Source: Malacoraja senta
Taxonomy: Eukaryota
Length of the DNA: 44,661 nt
Direction: 5' to 3'
NCBI GenBank assembly: GCA_038087875.1
Contig: JAXLNO010000364.1
Span: forward strand, 310,001-354,661
Shown here in pieces: positions 22,590 to 41,136 of the stretch. Position 1 is the first letter of the stretch, and each line of letters starts with the position of its first letter. Position numbers and translations under genes: made by a program. The notes beneath the pieces are model-generated. The model was not told the origin of the DNA, made no database searches, and saw only the letters and a program-made list of their open reading frames with translations.

Positions 22590-25500
22590 ATGGCCTCTTC
22601 TGCCCGTAAGCCCGATGCGCTCGTTTTCGATTTCGACATCGCCCTTCGATGGGACATATTCAAACGCGACTTTGAACACTATTTCACGATTGCCCATCCT
22701 GGCGCCACCCCCGCTCTCAAAGCCTCGCTGCTTCTCAACTTGGCTGGTCCCAACGCCTTGACTCGCTCGGACTTCTTCGTCTACGCTCCTGGATAATCAG
22801 CTCGGGACCCGGCATGTCTGTTGGCTAAGTTTGACGCTATTTGTGACATTCCTACTAATTGCATTTTAGAACGTTTTAAACTGTTCGCGCGGCGTCAGCT
22901 CCCTGGGGAATCGGCTGAGAACTATGTCATTGCGCTGCGGGACCTGGGCAGGCGCTGCCGCCTCGAGACGTGGACCCCCGATAATGTCATCAGGGACCTA
23001 CTGGTTTACGGTCTCCGTGATGAGAAGCTCAGGTCCGAACTACTTCGCAAGCCGGATCTGAGCTTGGCCGATGCAATGCACGCTACTCGCTTAGCCGACG
23101 CTGTTTCCGCGGCGGCGCCGCCGGCTGAACAGGCGATCAACTTTGCCAGCACTCCTAGCTATCTCATGAACGCACCCCAGTCGCGACCCCCGGTGTCGCT
23201 CGCTGCTCGAGGGGGACGCGCCCCGGGGTTCGGTGGTGCCACAAGGGGAGACACCCAGCAAAGGTGCCCTAATTGCAACTTCACAACTCATCAGTTCAAT
23301 GTGTGCCCTGCGCTGGGAAAGTACTGCAACTCCTGTAATAAGTTGAACCATTTTGCTGCAGCTTGTCGTTCCCGTGGGAAGCCTGTCGCTGCTCGAAGGC
23401 AAAATTTAAACAACCTTCTACAGTCGGATAATGATCTCAGCTCCCAGCACTATTCCGATGAACATTCTGTTCCTACATCCAACTCCTCTCAGGCAGAAAC
23501 CAGCTTGTTTACCGTGGTGAACGCACCTGCTATGATAACGGATCCTTCTGTGCAAGTCACTGTGAACAACTCGACCTTCACGGCCAAAATCGACACTGGG
23601 GCGGTTACCAATGTTATGTCAACATCTCTTTTCAACCAGATAAGGACTAATGAGAAGATATTTTCTCAGAGCTCAAACCTGCATGCCTACGGTGGGGAGA
23701 TCCTTACTCCTGTGGGCAAGGCCACACTACACTGTAAGATACTGAAGGCCACTCGGCCCCTCACCTTCTTTCTCCTCAATCGAAGTTGCGTTCCCCTGCT
23801 GGGGATCCAGGCATGCCAGGAAATGGGACTAGTGTCCTTCCACCGGGACATCCACCACGTGCAGGCTCTTATGGACCCGCTGGCCGAGTATCCTGACCGC
23901 TTTGATGATAAGCTAGGCAAACTACCCTGCAGCTACAAGATTGAAGTGGACCATAAGATCGTTCCTGTGGTCCATGCTCCTCACCGTATTTCCTTCGCCA
24001 TGAGGGACAAAGTGGAGGCGACCCTACACAGTATGGTACAAATGGGCGTCCTAAAGGCGGTCGTCGAGCCCACCAGCTGGGTCTCTTCCATGGTTGTTGC
24101 TGCTAAAAAGGACATGAGTGAGATACGCATCTGCATCAACCCCAGAGACCTCAACCTGGCCATTCGGCGCCCTCACTACCCTATGAGAACGGTGGAAGAC
24201 GTCGCTGCACGGGTTGGTCCAGCAACGGTCTTTTCGGTCCTCGATGCCAAGAGTTCATTCTGGCAGATACCACTGGACGAGCGGTCGTCCATTTTGTCAA
24301 CCTTCGCCACCCCCTACGGAAGGTTTCGGTTCCTCCGAATGCCCTTCGGAATCAACTCTGCCAGCGAGGTATTCCAGCGAACCATGGAACAGTTGTTTTC
24401 AGATCTGCCTTGCGCCATAATTGTTGACGACATCCTCGTTTACGGTAAGGATGTTGCCGAACACGATGTCAACCTCCGCCTGATCCTGGACCGGGCCAGG
24501 CAAATCAACTTGAAACTGAACCCCAAGAAGTGCCGATTCCGCGTCTCGGAGGTCACCTATGTTGGACACGTATTCACCGCTGAGGGGCTGAAGCCTGACC
24601 CGCAGAAAACGACTGCCATCTCAGGGATGCCTCCTCCTACTAACGTGGCAGGCCTGCAACGCTTTCTCGGCTTGGTAAACTACCTGGGGAAGTTCATCCC
24701 CGACCTAAGCGAGCTCAGCGCTCCCATGAGGGATCTGATCAAAAAGGACACTTCCTGGCTTTGGTTACCCAATCATCAGAAGGCATTTGACATTCTTAAG
24801 TCTAAACTGATCAGCACACCCACGCTCAAGTTCTTTGACCTGCGGCATCCCATTGTCCTCACCTGCGACGCCTCTCAATTCGGACTCGGTGCCGCCTGTC
24901 TCCAGGTCCATGACGGCCTGCAGATGCCTGTCTCATTCGCGTCCCGCACCATGACCGCCACCGAACAGCACTACGCGCAGATTGAGAAGGAGCTACTGGC
25001 CGTGCTGTTTGCCTGCTCCAAATTCCGGGACTACATCGTGGGCAACACTTTCACCGTTGAAACTGACCATCAACCACTTGTTACCATCCTCAACAAACCG
25101 ATCCATGTGGCCTCATCACGTCTGCAGCGCATGCTGCTGCAGCTCCAGCGTTTCACGTTCACGGTGGTTTATCGTAAGGGGAAGGACATGTTCGTAGCCG
25201 ACACGTTGTCTCGCGCCCCGCTGACGTCCACTGCTCGCCACCAATACGAAACGTCCGAGTTACTAGTACTACGATTGAACTTCGTCCCCTCGCCACAGCT
25301 GAAGTCCCTGGTTGAACACACTACCAACGACCCTGCCCTGCAACAGCTGTCTGCCGTCATCCGGCAGGGCTGGCCTGACCGTCGCTCGGCACTGCCGGCT
25401 GGAGCCGTGCCCTACTTCCTGATTCGGGACGAGCTCGTATTGCACGACGGCGTGGTGGTGAAGGGTCACAAAGTGGTCGTGCCCGCGGCGCTGCACGACC

Positions 25501-26771
25501 ACTATTTTCAGGTCGCACACCGCGGTCACACTGGGGCCGAAGCCACTTTGTCTCTCGCCAAGGCACAGTTCTATTGGCCGGATATGGCAAAGTACATCCG
25601 GGAGAGGGTCTCATCGTGTTCCACCTGCAACAGCCGCGCCCCCCATCAGCAGCGTCAGCCGCTTCTACAGCAGCCCGCGCCCGGACTGCCCTGGATGGCG
25701 CTCGCCACAGACATTTTCGAGTGGCGGGGCAAACATTTCCTGGTACTCGTTGACTTCTACTCCAGCTGGTTTGCGGTTGACCGGCTGCCTTCCGTGACCT
25801 CTTCGGCCGTCATCGACAGGTTGTACCCTCACTTTAGCACTTTTGGCCCCCCGGCAAGCCTGCAGTCGGACAATGGCAGCCAGTTCACGAGCTCCGAGTT
25901 TAAAGCGTTCGCTTCCAGATGGAACTTTCGCCATTTCACAAGCAGCCCGGAGTACCCGCAAAGCAACGGTTTGGCCGAGCGCGCAGTCCGCAGCGCGAAG
26001 CACCTGCTGGAACAGTGTGGTGGCATTAACTCCGACTTCCACCTGGCCCTCCTCAGCCTTCGGAACATCTCTCGCGACCCTGCCATGGGTTCACCTGCTC
26101 AGCGGCTCCTGTCTCGCGCTACCAGGCTCCCACTCCCGGTGGCCCAGCGATCCCTCATACCCTCGGTCCTTCCACCTGCGGCGGTTCAGAAACGGATTGC
26201 CTTCAGGCAAGACGTCCAAAAGCGGTCCCATGACAGGTCCTGCCACCCGCTGCCGCCCCTCTTCCCCGGTCAAGTAGTCCGTATGCAGACCACTCCCGGT
26301 CACTCCAAGCTCGCTACTGTCGTCGGCTCTGCGGGGTCGCCCAGGTCCTATTTCGTCGACTACGCTGGGACCATTTACCGACGGTCTCGCCAGCACCTTC
26401 GGCTCGTCCACGAGCCGCGTCCTCCTGCCGCCGATCCCTTTGCTCCCCCGCTGCCTGTTTCCCGTCCGGCCGTTGCCCTGCCCGTGATTCCCTGCATGCC
26501 TCGCTCTGCTCCTCCTTCGCCCCCTCCGCTCCAACACACTCCGACTAGTCCTCGCACGCCCCCCCGCGCTCTTCCCGGTCCCGGCCCCGCATCCCCTCCG
26601 GTTTCGGTGCCGCGATCTCTTCCGTTTCCTCCCGTTTCTCCCTTTCAGGTTCGTCTGTCCCCGCTGGTGCCTCTTCCTCCTCCAGGAAGGGTGGATGGCG
26701 AGACGCGAACCCGGGCGGGACGTCTGGTCAAACCGCCTGACCGCTATGGCGATGTTGCCCAGCTATCCTAG
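22590..26771 (+). CDS. Gag-Pol polyprotein, single frame with one in-frame TAA at 22794-22796
   Basis: ORFs 22563-22796 and 22821-26771 share a frame. Motifs: two Cys/His knuckles, protease DTG, RT VLDA...IVDD, RNase H CDAS...EKEL...TDH, integrase H-H-C-C and D,D,E (ATD, SDNG, AER). Confidence 0.93.
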
Positions 26772-26819
26772 CGCATGAGCCGTGGTCGCCATGTCACCTT
26801 TGTATTTGCCTGTCGTTTC

Positions 26820-26831
26820 GGGGAGGAAGGA
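26820..26831 (+). promoter_or_regulatory. Polypurine tract
   Basis: GGGGAGGAAGGA abuts the 3' LTR. Confidence 0.9.
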
Positions 26832-27034
26832 TGTAGATGAGATATGCATGTGCCTTTAACATAGTGACCTCACACCCACTAACCACTCCCCATATCACAA
26901 GTATAACTACAACCTCCACACCCACAGATCGCTCTCTAGTTCCTGTGACAGACCACGTACAGCTAGTGCAATGTATAATGTCCAGTATGAATAAAGATAG
27001 TAAAGTAACGATGCCTCATTATCAAACCTTTACA
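26832..27034 (+). repeat. 3' LTR
   Basis: Direct repeat of 22294-22496. Confidence 0.97.
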
Positions 27035-27672
27035 GAGGTTCCCTTCCAACAGGACAACGACCCTAAGCACACAGCCAGGACAACTCATGAGTGGCTTCGT
27101 GACAAGTCTGTGAATGTCCTTGTGTGGCCCAGCCAGAGCCCGGACTTAAACCCAATCGAACATCTCTGGAGGGACCTGAAAATAGCTGTGCATCGACGCC
27201 CCCCATTCAATCTGACAGAGCTTGAGAAGATCTGCAGGGAAGAATGGGAGAAATTACCCAAATACAGGTGTGCCAAGCTTGTAGCGTCATACGCAAGAAG
27301 ATTTGAGGCTGTAATCGCTGCCAAAGGTGCCTCAACAAACTACTGAGTAGGGTCTGAATACTTATATAAATGTGATATTTCAGTTATTTATTTTTATTTA
27401 CTTTGCAAAAATATCTAAACACCTGGTTTCGCTTTTTTTAATGGGGTGTTGTGTGTAGATTGACGATAAAAATACATTTTAGAATAATGCTGTAGCGTAA
27501 CAAAATGTGGAAAAAGTGAAGGGGTCTGAATACTTTCTGAATGCACTGTACTTCAACCGTTGTTCAAGATGTGGACTCCAATTCAGCGGTGGTGAATATG
27601 TGTAATTCCTTCCCACAGGCGGCTGGACATGGGCATTATGGTGTGAAGGGCCTCTTTCCGTGTAACTCTATT

Positions 27673-28714
27673 TAGCAATGTTACAAAATTTTGAGATTTT
27701 AAAAATAAAGTCTGCAATTTATCCCATCAGATAAAGCATAAAAAGAAGTTTAATTTGACACTTAATTCACTTTCATATCTTCAGTATTAAAAAAGTTATG
27801 GCCATTATCATACTCAGAAATTAGCATCTAGTTCCCTATTGCTTTTCCATTGACTTAACACAAAAGCTGTGATCGAGGACAGTTAAAAGCCCATAACCTT
27901 CTTAAAAATTATGGTAACTGAAAGAAATTTTCAGGTATTATAGATTGAAGCATTCTGAAACAAATATGAAACAATCTTACTTCGAACACATGAAAGTAAA
28001 GCATATAATTCGTTAGTTACCTAATTGTAGCTAATTACAAAATTCAATTACTAGATCTAAACATCTATCAATTTCTTAAGAATAGATTAACATTTTTAAA
28101 TAGCCTAAGTGTCCAAATAACATTCACACAATAATTCACAATATAACATAATTTTTAAATCTAATTTTCATGAATTTACAGGCCAAATGGAAGGAATTGA
28201 ATGTTTAATACCTGTAAATTAATGGGGATTTAATTCATCTTGCGAGTGAGGATTTGCTGGAACGCGATCATTTGGAACGTTGATTTGCGGTGAATTTAAC
28301 CCCGTATTGGCATGAAAAATACTGCCGTTAATTCGGGGAATAAAATCACCGTGTCGCATGACAAAATGTGAATTAAAGGCTTCTTAAGAAGCACTTTTAT
28401 ACATTTAAAGAAAGCACTTTCGTTTACCTGTCCATTGTGTGAAATCCGTCCCCGTTATCGGCGTTGACGCTTCAGGAGCTGCTTTTACAATGACTGTAGC
28501 GCTGACATTGACAATTTAACAAAAATAAAACATTCAAAAAACGCCGGTAGGAACGATTTTGTCAGCGAAGGTTTGTACTCCAACAAAATATTTCCAGGAC
28601 AAGGGAGGAGAAACCGCGTTTTAACCCCGCCCCCCCCTTAAAGGCGCCAAAATCGCGCACACGGCCAGTGGCAGAATTACAGCGCGACTGAAGGTAAGTT
28701 TTGTAACATACCTA
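27673..28714. mobile_element. Non-autonomous TIR DNA transposon (hAT-like), 1042 bp
   Basis: TIRs TAGCAATGTTACAAAA and TTTTGTAACATACCTA (14/16 match). Flanking direct repeat (a)ctctatt. No ORF. A second copy lies at 1222-1893. Confidence 0.85.
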
Positions 28715-28909
28715 CTCTATTACTGTAAGCGAATCTATTGTACAGGTGTATTGTATTATTTAACTGCATAGAATGCACAACATTGCAATTATGTATTGTC
28801 TTTCCACTGACAAGGGTAGCATGCAAGAAGAATATTTCCACTGTATCTCATGACACGTGACAATAAACCAAACTGACGTAAACAACAGGCTTTTTACGGA
28901 AGCTCGGTA

Positions 28910-29120
28910 CAATAGACAATAGACAATAGGTGCAGGAGTAGGCCATTCGGCTCTTCGAGCCAGCACCGCCATTCAATGTGATCATGGCTGATCATCTCCA
29001 ATCAGTACCTCGTTCCGGCCTTCTCCCCATATCCCCTGACTCCGCTATTTTTAGGAGCCCAATCTAGCTCTCTCTTGAAAGCATCCAGAGAACCTGTCTC
29101 CACCGCCCTCTGAGGCACCT
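28910..29120 (-). mobile_element. CR1 LINE 3' end
   Basis: (caataga)n tail followed by ggtgcaggagtaggccattcgg...tctagctctctcttgaa. Confidence 0.8.
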
Positions 29121-29921
29121 AGAACCTGGAACATATTGTAAGTCTGCAAAATAGCACAGCACAGGAACAGATGCTTCGGTCTACAGTGTTTGTGCCCAAC
29201 ATCATATTCGGTTAACCCATATTCCTCTACCAGCACGTAATATATATCGCTCCATACACTCCACATTCGTGTGCATGTCTAAGAGCCTCTAAACTATCAC
29301 TCTCGAATCTGCTTCGAATAAACCGCTTGCAGCGCGTTCCAGGCTCCCAACAGGTAAAGTGTACAATACATGCCGGCACTTCTCATTTAATTTTTTTTGT
29401 ACTCACCTTCAACCTGAAACGAGAGTCCTTGCAATTTCTATCCTGGGAATGGTTTCTGATCGTAAACCTATCTGTGTTTCTCGATATTTTTTTAAACCTC
29501 TATCAGGTCTCCCCTCGGCCTACGATGCTCGAGTGAAAGCGACGCAGGTTGTCCAACCTCCTGTCAGATAATACCATGCAGCACAGTTGCAAACCTCATC
29601 GCACCCTCTCTAAAGCCTCCAAATCCAGCCAGGAATGCAGGCCACAGAACTGCACACCATTCCAATTGCAGCCTAACCAATGCCATATAAAGCTGCAATA
29701 GAACTTCCATCGCTCTTATACTCAACCTCCTGATCCGGTATGTTCGAATATTAATAAAATAACTCAACAGTGGTTAATGTCCAATTAAGAATGGGATGAG
29801 TTAGACTTCCGCACCGTCTTAAAAAGTTGAGAGCAACCCGGCTGCTGAGAGATTTATGGGCTCGACTTAATCTATCATGTAATCTTCACAAATGGAAACT
29901 TAACTTAAAACATTTAGCAGA

Positions 29922-30230
29922 GGGCGGCACAGTGGCGCAGCGGTAGAGTTGCTGCCTCACAGCGCCAGAGATCCGGGTTCAATCCTGACGACGGGTGCTG
30001 TCTGTACGGAGTTTATACGTTCTCTACGTGACCGCCTGGGGTTTCTCCGGCTGCTCCGGTTTCCTCTCACACTGCAAAGACCTACAGGTTTGTAAGTTAT
30101 TTGGATAATCGGTAAACTTGCAAATTGTTCCTAGTGTGTAGGATAATGCTACGGGGATCGATGGTCGACTCGGTCTCGGTGGGCCGAAGGGCCCGTTTCC
30201 ACGCTATATCTCCGAAGTCTAAATTCTAAA
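29922..30230 (+). mobile_element. tRNA-derived V-SINE (HE1-like), full length
   Basis: A box tggcgcagcgg, B box ggttcaatcc, central ccggctgctccggtttcct domain, and 3' gggccgaagggcccgtttcc followed by a ctaaa tail. Confidence 0.88.
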
Positions 30231-30625
30231 GAGGGGAAAGGTGAAAAAAGAGAGATTTTAGGGTAATGTTTTAATAGGAAAGGAGGGATTATGTTCTCAC
30301 ATAGAAGATGGTGGGTGTATGGGACGCGATGCCAGATGAAGTAATCGAGGTAGGTTAAAAAAAACCAGCATTTAAAATAGATAGAATATTTTGTCACGAT
30401 TTGAGTCATTTAACAACAGAGATCTGTTTGCGGGTTCAACAAGATTCATATCCATCTGGTTGGTGGGCACATGTTGTCAGGGTTGGTCGTTAGGGGGCCC
30501 GTGTTGACGCGACAAGTGAAACGCCCAATGATCCTCGGTTCTGACGGCCGAGGTGCGGACGGTTCTTTGCGCCGTTCGAAGAAGAGGTCGCCGCGAACCC
30601 ATTGTTGCGTCAGTCGCGCTGAGAA

Positions 30626-30742
30626 CCAATCGGCGTTCTCTGTGCCCTTTGTCTCCGCGTTCCACGCCGACGGTTGGGTCGCTGGCAGCCAATCACAGCG
30701 CGGCCCGGCTGAATGGAACGTTCTATCGGGCGGGGTATAAAA
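30626..30742 (+). promoter_or_regulatory. Proximal promoter of alpha-tubulin gene 1
   Basis: CCAAT at 30626 and 30689, GC box GGGCGGGG 30728-30735 and TATAAAA 30736-30742, in a CpG-rich context ~60 bp before the ATG. Confidence 0.85.
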
Positions 30743-30799
30743 GTACGCGTTCTGCGAATGTAACACATTGTCTGTAGCTGCCAGACAGGAAGGAACATC

Positions 30800-33998
<3,199 letters not shown>

Positions 33999-34060
33999 AT
34001 TTTGTTTTATAACTGGAAAGATTAGATATTTTTAATACTGGTGTAAATCTAATTTACGAA

Positions 34061-34066
34061 ATTAAA
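34061..34066 (+). terminator. Putative polyadenylation signal, gene 1
   Basis: ATTAAA ~60 bp after the stop, followed by a G/T-rich stretch. Confidence 0.55.
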
Positions 34067-35299
34067 TATATTTGAGACATAGTTTGGTTTTGCGTACTTC
34101 GCAAAGGCACAATTGCTTAATGTCTATTTTTTCATACAGTGGAAACAGACCCTTCGGCCCAACTTGTCCATGCCCACCATGCCGCCTCATCTCTGATCAT
34201 CCAATTTGCCCACGTTTAGTGCATATCACTCTATCCAATTCTTCGTCATGAAACTGCATACATATCCTTTAAATGTTACTGTACCTGCCTCTACTAGATC
34301 ACCTGGAACCTCGTTCCATGTACCCACCACCACCTGAGATGGTGGATAGTTGGAACTCATTCCCCTCTCATTCTAATCCTATGCCCTGTAGTTTTTTATT
34401 CATCTTTGGTGCTGAAGGTTTCTGTGCATTAACTCTATCTATGCCGCTCACGGTTTCATATACCTCCACATGAACACTACTCAGCTGTCTGTGCTCCAAT
34501 TATTTTAAATCTCAATCCTACGAGTCCTGGCATCGTAAATCATCGCATCTCACTAATGATCACACTGATGTATCTCGGGATGGGGATGATTGTAAAGCTG
34601 GGGGTTGGTCTTTGGGTGATGCAATCTGTTTCTTGAAAGAGCACGGGGTCCAAGGATCACAACGTTCCAGTCATCGAAACTCCTTGTGCTGATGGAGCGG
34701 TCTGACCGGGCGCCGAGAATGGGAACGCCTCCCGTGTTAATAGACCAAAGAACATACCACAGTGCAGCACAGGAACGGATCCAGCGGCCCACAGGGTTTG
34801 CGCCGAACATGATGCCAAGTTAGACTTATCTCATCTGCCAGTACATGATCCATATCCCTCTATTCACGGCACTTCGACGCGTCCATTGAAAAGTCTTTCC
34901 AACTTCACGATCCTTTCTGCCCTACCAACACCCCAGGCAACGTGTTCCAGGTCCCTACTACACTGTGTGACAAGTAACATCGCCGCACATCTTCGTTAAA
35001 ATGTCCTCCTTTTATTTCATAGCCACCCCTCTGGGGTTACACATTTCCACCATGGGAAAACTGCTGTTCTACCCTATCTACCCTATCTCTTACTCTCATA
35101 ATGTCTATACCTCCATCTAATCTCTCTTCAAGCTGGGCGTTCCACAATAAACTATCCAATCACGTTACCACAGCCATGTTTGTTTTCTCGGGTCTTGCTT
35201 GCGCCTCCCCATGTTTTACTTCGCGGATTCCAGCTCTGATTCCAGACTTCCCAGTTCGGACCCAACCCGGACTATAGCTTCCGACAGTCGATCTGCCAT

Positions 35300-35545
35300 T
35301 TCAGTCCGCCTAAACCTACCCGATCTACCGGTTGCTCAGCACTTTAACACCCCCTCACATTCCCAATCTGACCTTTCTGCCCTGGCCCTCCTCCATTGTC
35401 AGAGTGAGGCCCAACGAAAATTGGAGGAACAGCACCTCATAATTTGCTTCGGTAGTTCATACCCCTGTGGTATGAACATTGACCTCAAACTTCAAATAAC
35501 CCTTGCTTTCCCTCTCTCTCACACCACCCACCCTTGCCAGTTCTC
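35300..35545 (+). mobile_element. Penelope-like GIY-YIG endonuclease C-terminal fragment
   Basis: LPVAQHFNTPSHSQSDLS...RKLEEQHLI...PCGMNID, typical of the end of a Penelope ORF. Confidence 0.75.
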
Positions 35546-35559
35546 CCACCTTTCTTACT

Positions 35560-37065
35560 GTCCCTTGCCCAAAGTAGGGGAATCGAGGTTCAGAGGACAT
35601 AAGTACAAGGTGAAGGGGAAAATATTCAAAAGCAATCTGAAGGCTAACGTTTTCACACAAAGGCTGGTGGGTGTATGGCACAAGCTGCCAGAGGATCTAG
35701 TTGATGCTGGTACTATCCCAACGCTCAATAAATAGTTAGACAGCTACATGGATAGGACAGGTTTGGAGTGATATGGACCAAGCGCATGCAGGTGGGACTG
35801 GGGTAACTGGGACATGTTGGCCGGTGAGTGCAAGTTTGCCCGAAGGGACTGTTTCCACACTGTATCACTCTATGACTCTAGCTTACTCCGCCATTTAATC
35901 GTGGGTGATCGTTCTTCCCCTATCAGCCCCATTCCCCTGCCTTCACGCGATAGCCTCTGCAACCCATTTGTTTCAATCAGGTTCTCCCCTCTTCCTTCTG
36001 CACTCCAGCGAGTACAGGCACAGTGTCGTCAAACGTTTATCATACGTGAACTCAATTCGGTGCTGGGATCATTCTCATAATCATCCTCCGTACCCTTTCC
36101 AACGCCAGCACATCAGTCCTTAGATATGGGGTCCCAAATTAGTCAAAATACTCCAAATGCGCTCACCAGTGCCTTTTCAAGACTCAGTATTATATCCGTT
36201 TTTTTAAATATTCTTGTCCTCCACAAATAAATGCTTGTATTGCATTTTCCTGCATTAGTATCAATTCGACTTGCAAATTACATTTTTGGGAATCCTGTAT
36301 CAGCATTCCCGAGTCCCTTTGCAACTCAGATTTCTGAATTCTCTCCTCATTTAGAAAACAGTCTTCGATTGATTCCTACTATCAAAATGCCTGTCTCCGC
36401 ATTTTGCTGCGCTGTATTCCATCTGCCATTTCTTTGTCTACTTACCAAACATGCCCAAATTCTTCGGCAGAATCGCTGCTTACTCTGCACAATCTGCCCC
36501 TCCACCTAACTTCGCAGCATCACCAAACTTCCCACCAAGAATTCAATTCCCTCATCCAAATCATTGGTATATAACGTGAAGTGCAGCGGCCACAGCACCG
36601 ACCCCTAGTCTCTGGCAACCAATCAGTGAAGAATTACGCGGATGTTGCCAGGACTAGGGTGTCTGAGGTTATGGGAGAGTTTGAGTAGGCTGGGTCGCTA
36701 TTCCTTGGAGCGCAGGAGGGTGAGGCGTGGTCGTATAGAGGAACAAGTCGGGTAGATGCACATAATCTCTTGCCCAGAGTAGGGGCATCGAGGACCAATA
36801 GATTCAAGGTGAAGGTGTAAAGATTTAATAGGAATTTGAGCGGTAACCTTTTCAAACAAAGGGTGGTGGTTGCATGGAACAAGCTGCCAGAGGGGGTAGT
36901 TGATGCTGGGACTATCAAAACGTATAAGGAACAGTTAAACAGGTATATTGACGGGACACGTTTGGATGGATATGGTCCAAGGGCAGGCAGGTGGGAGATG
37001 TTGGCCGTTGTGGGAAGTTGAGCCGAAGGGCCTGTTTCTAAACTCTATCACTCTATTACTCTATA
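35560..37065. mobile_element. Cluster of degenerate CR1 fragments (+ 35560-35880, - 35880-36605, + 36630-37065)
   Basis: RGHKYKV...FTQRLVGVWHKLPE and FKQRVVVAWNKLPEGVV translations with (ctatgact)-like tails. Confidence 0.75.
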
Positions 37066-37927
37066 AAGCCATCAATGTGATATCCTTGTGATTCATCCTA
37101 ACGAAATGGGAGATTGCTGGGTTCTGATGGACTGCACGTCATCAAATTTGTAGAGTACATCTTTCAATCAATCAAGATGATCAATGGCACTTTAGTAATC
37201 AGCGATTGATCATTTGGAATCTAATTGCATTACATCGTCACAATCAACGTCCACTCCCACACCCCACACCCTCCTTAAGCCCCGGTCATTCACTCTTCTC
37301 TCCACTTCTGTTGGACAGCGTGTACCAAAGGATGAAAGAACGTACCACCTGATTCAGGAACAGCTTGTCCCAGCAGACCTCTCATGTGCTACCTTCCTGT
37401 GGTCCTCATACTTGAAAATAAAAATGTTAATTTTATTCTCTAGATGTAACATTATACTCTGCACAATCAGATATACTGAGGAGTGATGTGATCTGCCTAT
37501 ATAGTACGCCTGACTTTTTTTTTGCAGCACACGTGATGGTAATAAATCAATAATAATTTATCTTAGGCATTGCAATGTTCGACCGGAGATCCCGGATTAT
37601 GAAGTGATTAATGGAGAGATGCGTTGAATTCAAATCACATTCGCTGTGAACTACAGCAATTTTTCCACTGGTAAAGTGGCTAAATTGATTGCATGGGGTT
37701 AGGAAGTCAAATAGTTGGCGCTAGTTATCATTTTGAGGCATGTGGTCAGATACTTTAATTTCCAGCGGTAATTGATAGATTGGAATCTGGGAGGTGAAGG
37801 CAGACAATGGATTGCGTCACTGAAGGTCCATTGTTCTACGTCTCACACTGTGGATTATTCAGCAATGAGCGCCTTGGAACCTTCTATGTTTGTTTCCTGT
37901 GGCAACCAAGGTCATTGTTCTCATTGA

Positions 37928-37983
37928 CCAATCGGCGCGTGTTTAGCGAATGCCAGCGTTCTATCCCGGGGGCCGTATAAATA
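37928..37983 (+). promoter_or_regulatory. Proximal promoter of alpha-tubulin gene 2
   Basis: CCAAT 37928-37932 and TATAAATA 37976-37983, CpG-rich, ~55 bp before ATG|gtgag. Confidence 0.85.
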
Positions 37984-38034
37984 CCGGAGCGGCGCGGCGC
38001 GTCACAGTCTCGAGAACCACGCGAGCGGAGCAAC

Positions 38035-41052
<3,018 letters not shown>

Positions 41053-41130
41053 AATAAATTAATTTAGTAATTTAAAGTTTAATTTAATACAGATAAAATA
41101 AATTATATTGATAGATATTATAGTATTGAT

Positions 41131-41136
41131 AATAAA
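41131..41136 (+). terminator. Putative polyadenylation signal, gene 2
   Basis: AATAAA followed by ttgttttgt. Other AATAAA hexamers overlap the stop (41048-41058). Confidence 0.55.

Larger units (their letters stand above)
22294..27034 (+). mobile_element. Full-length Ty3/Gypsy LTR retrotransposon (Mag-like), 4741 bp
   Basis: 203-bp TG...CA LTRs, 5-bp TSD GAGGT (22289-22293 and 27035-27039), PBS, PPT, and gag-PR-RT-RH-IN domain order. Confidence 0.97.
19446..27548 (+). mobile_element. Tc1-family (DD34E, IR/DR-type) DNA transposon, 5' end missing, split into 19446-19573, 21582-22293 and 27040-27548
   Basis: MKMKELSVDFRDRI HTH start (21614), [32 protein letters not shown], and FQQDNDPKH...SPDLNPIE with 34 residues between D and E. 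The gggtctgaatactt repeat occurs at ~27350 and ~27522, and the element ends CACTG|TA. Confidence 0.9.

Noticed and set aside
22794..22796. Programmed gag-pol stop-codon readthrough
   Set aside because: The stop lies early in gag rather than at the gag/pol boundary and lacks a typical readthrough context. A nonsense change is simpler.
29922..29995. tRNA gene
   Set aside because: A/B boxes continue into the V-SINE body and LINE-like tail, so it is a SINE head. The same applies at 6866 and 41990.
30711..30724. Heat-shock element in the gene 1 promoter (GAAcgTTC)
   Set aside because: Only two correctly phased units, and the phasing is not conserved in the gene 2 promoter.
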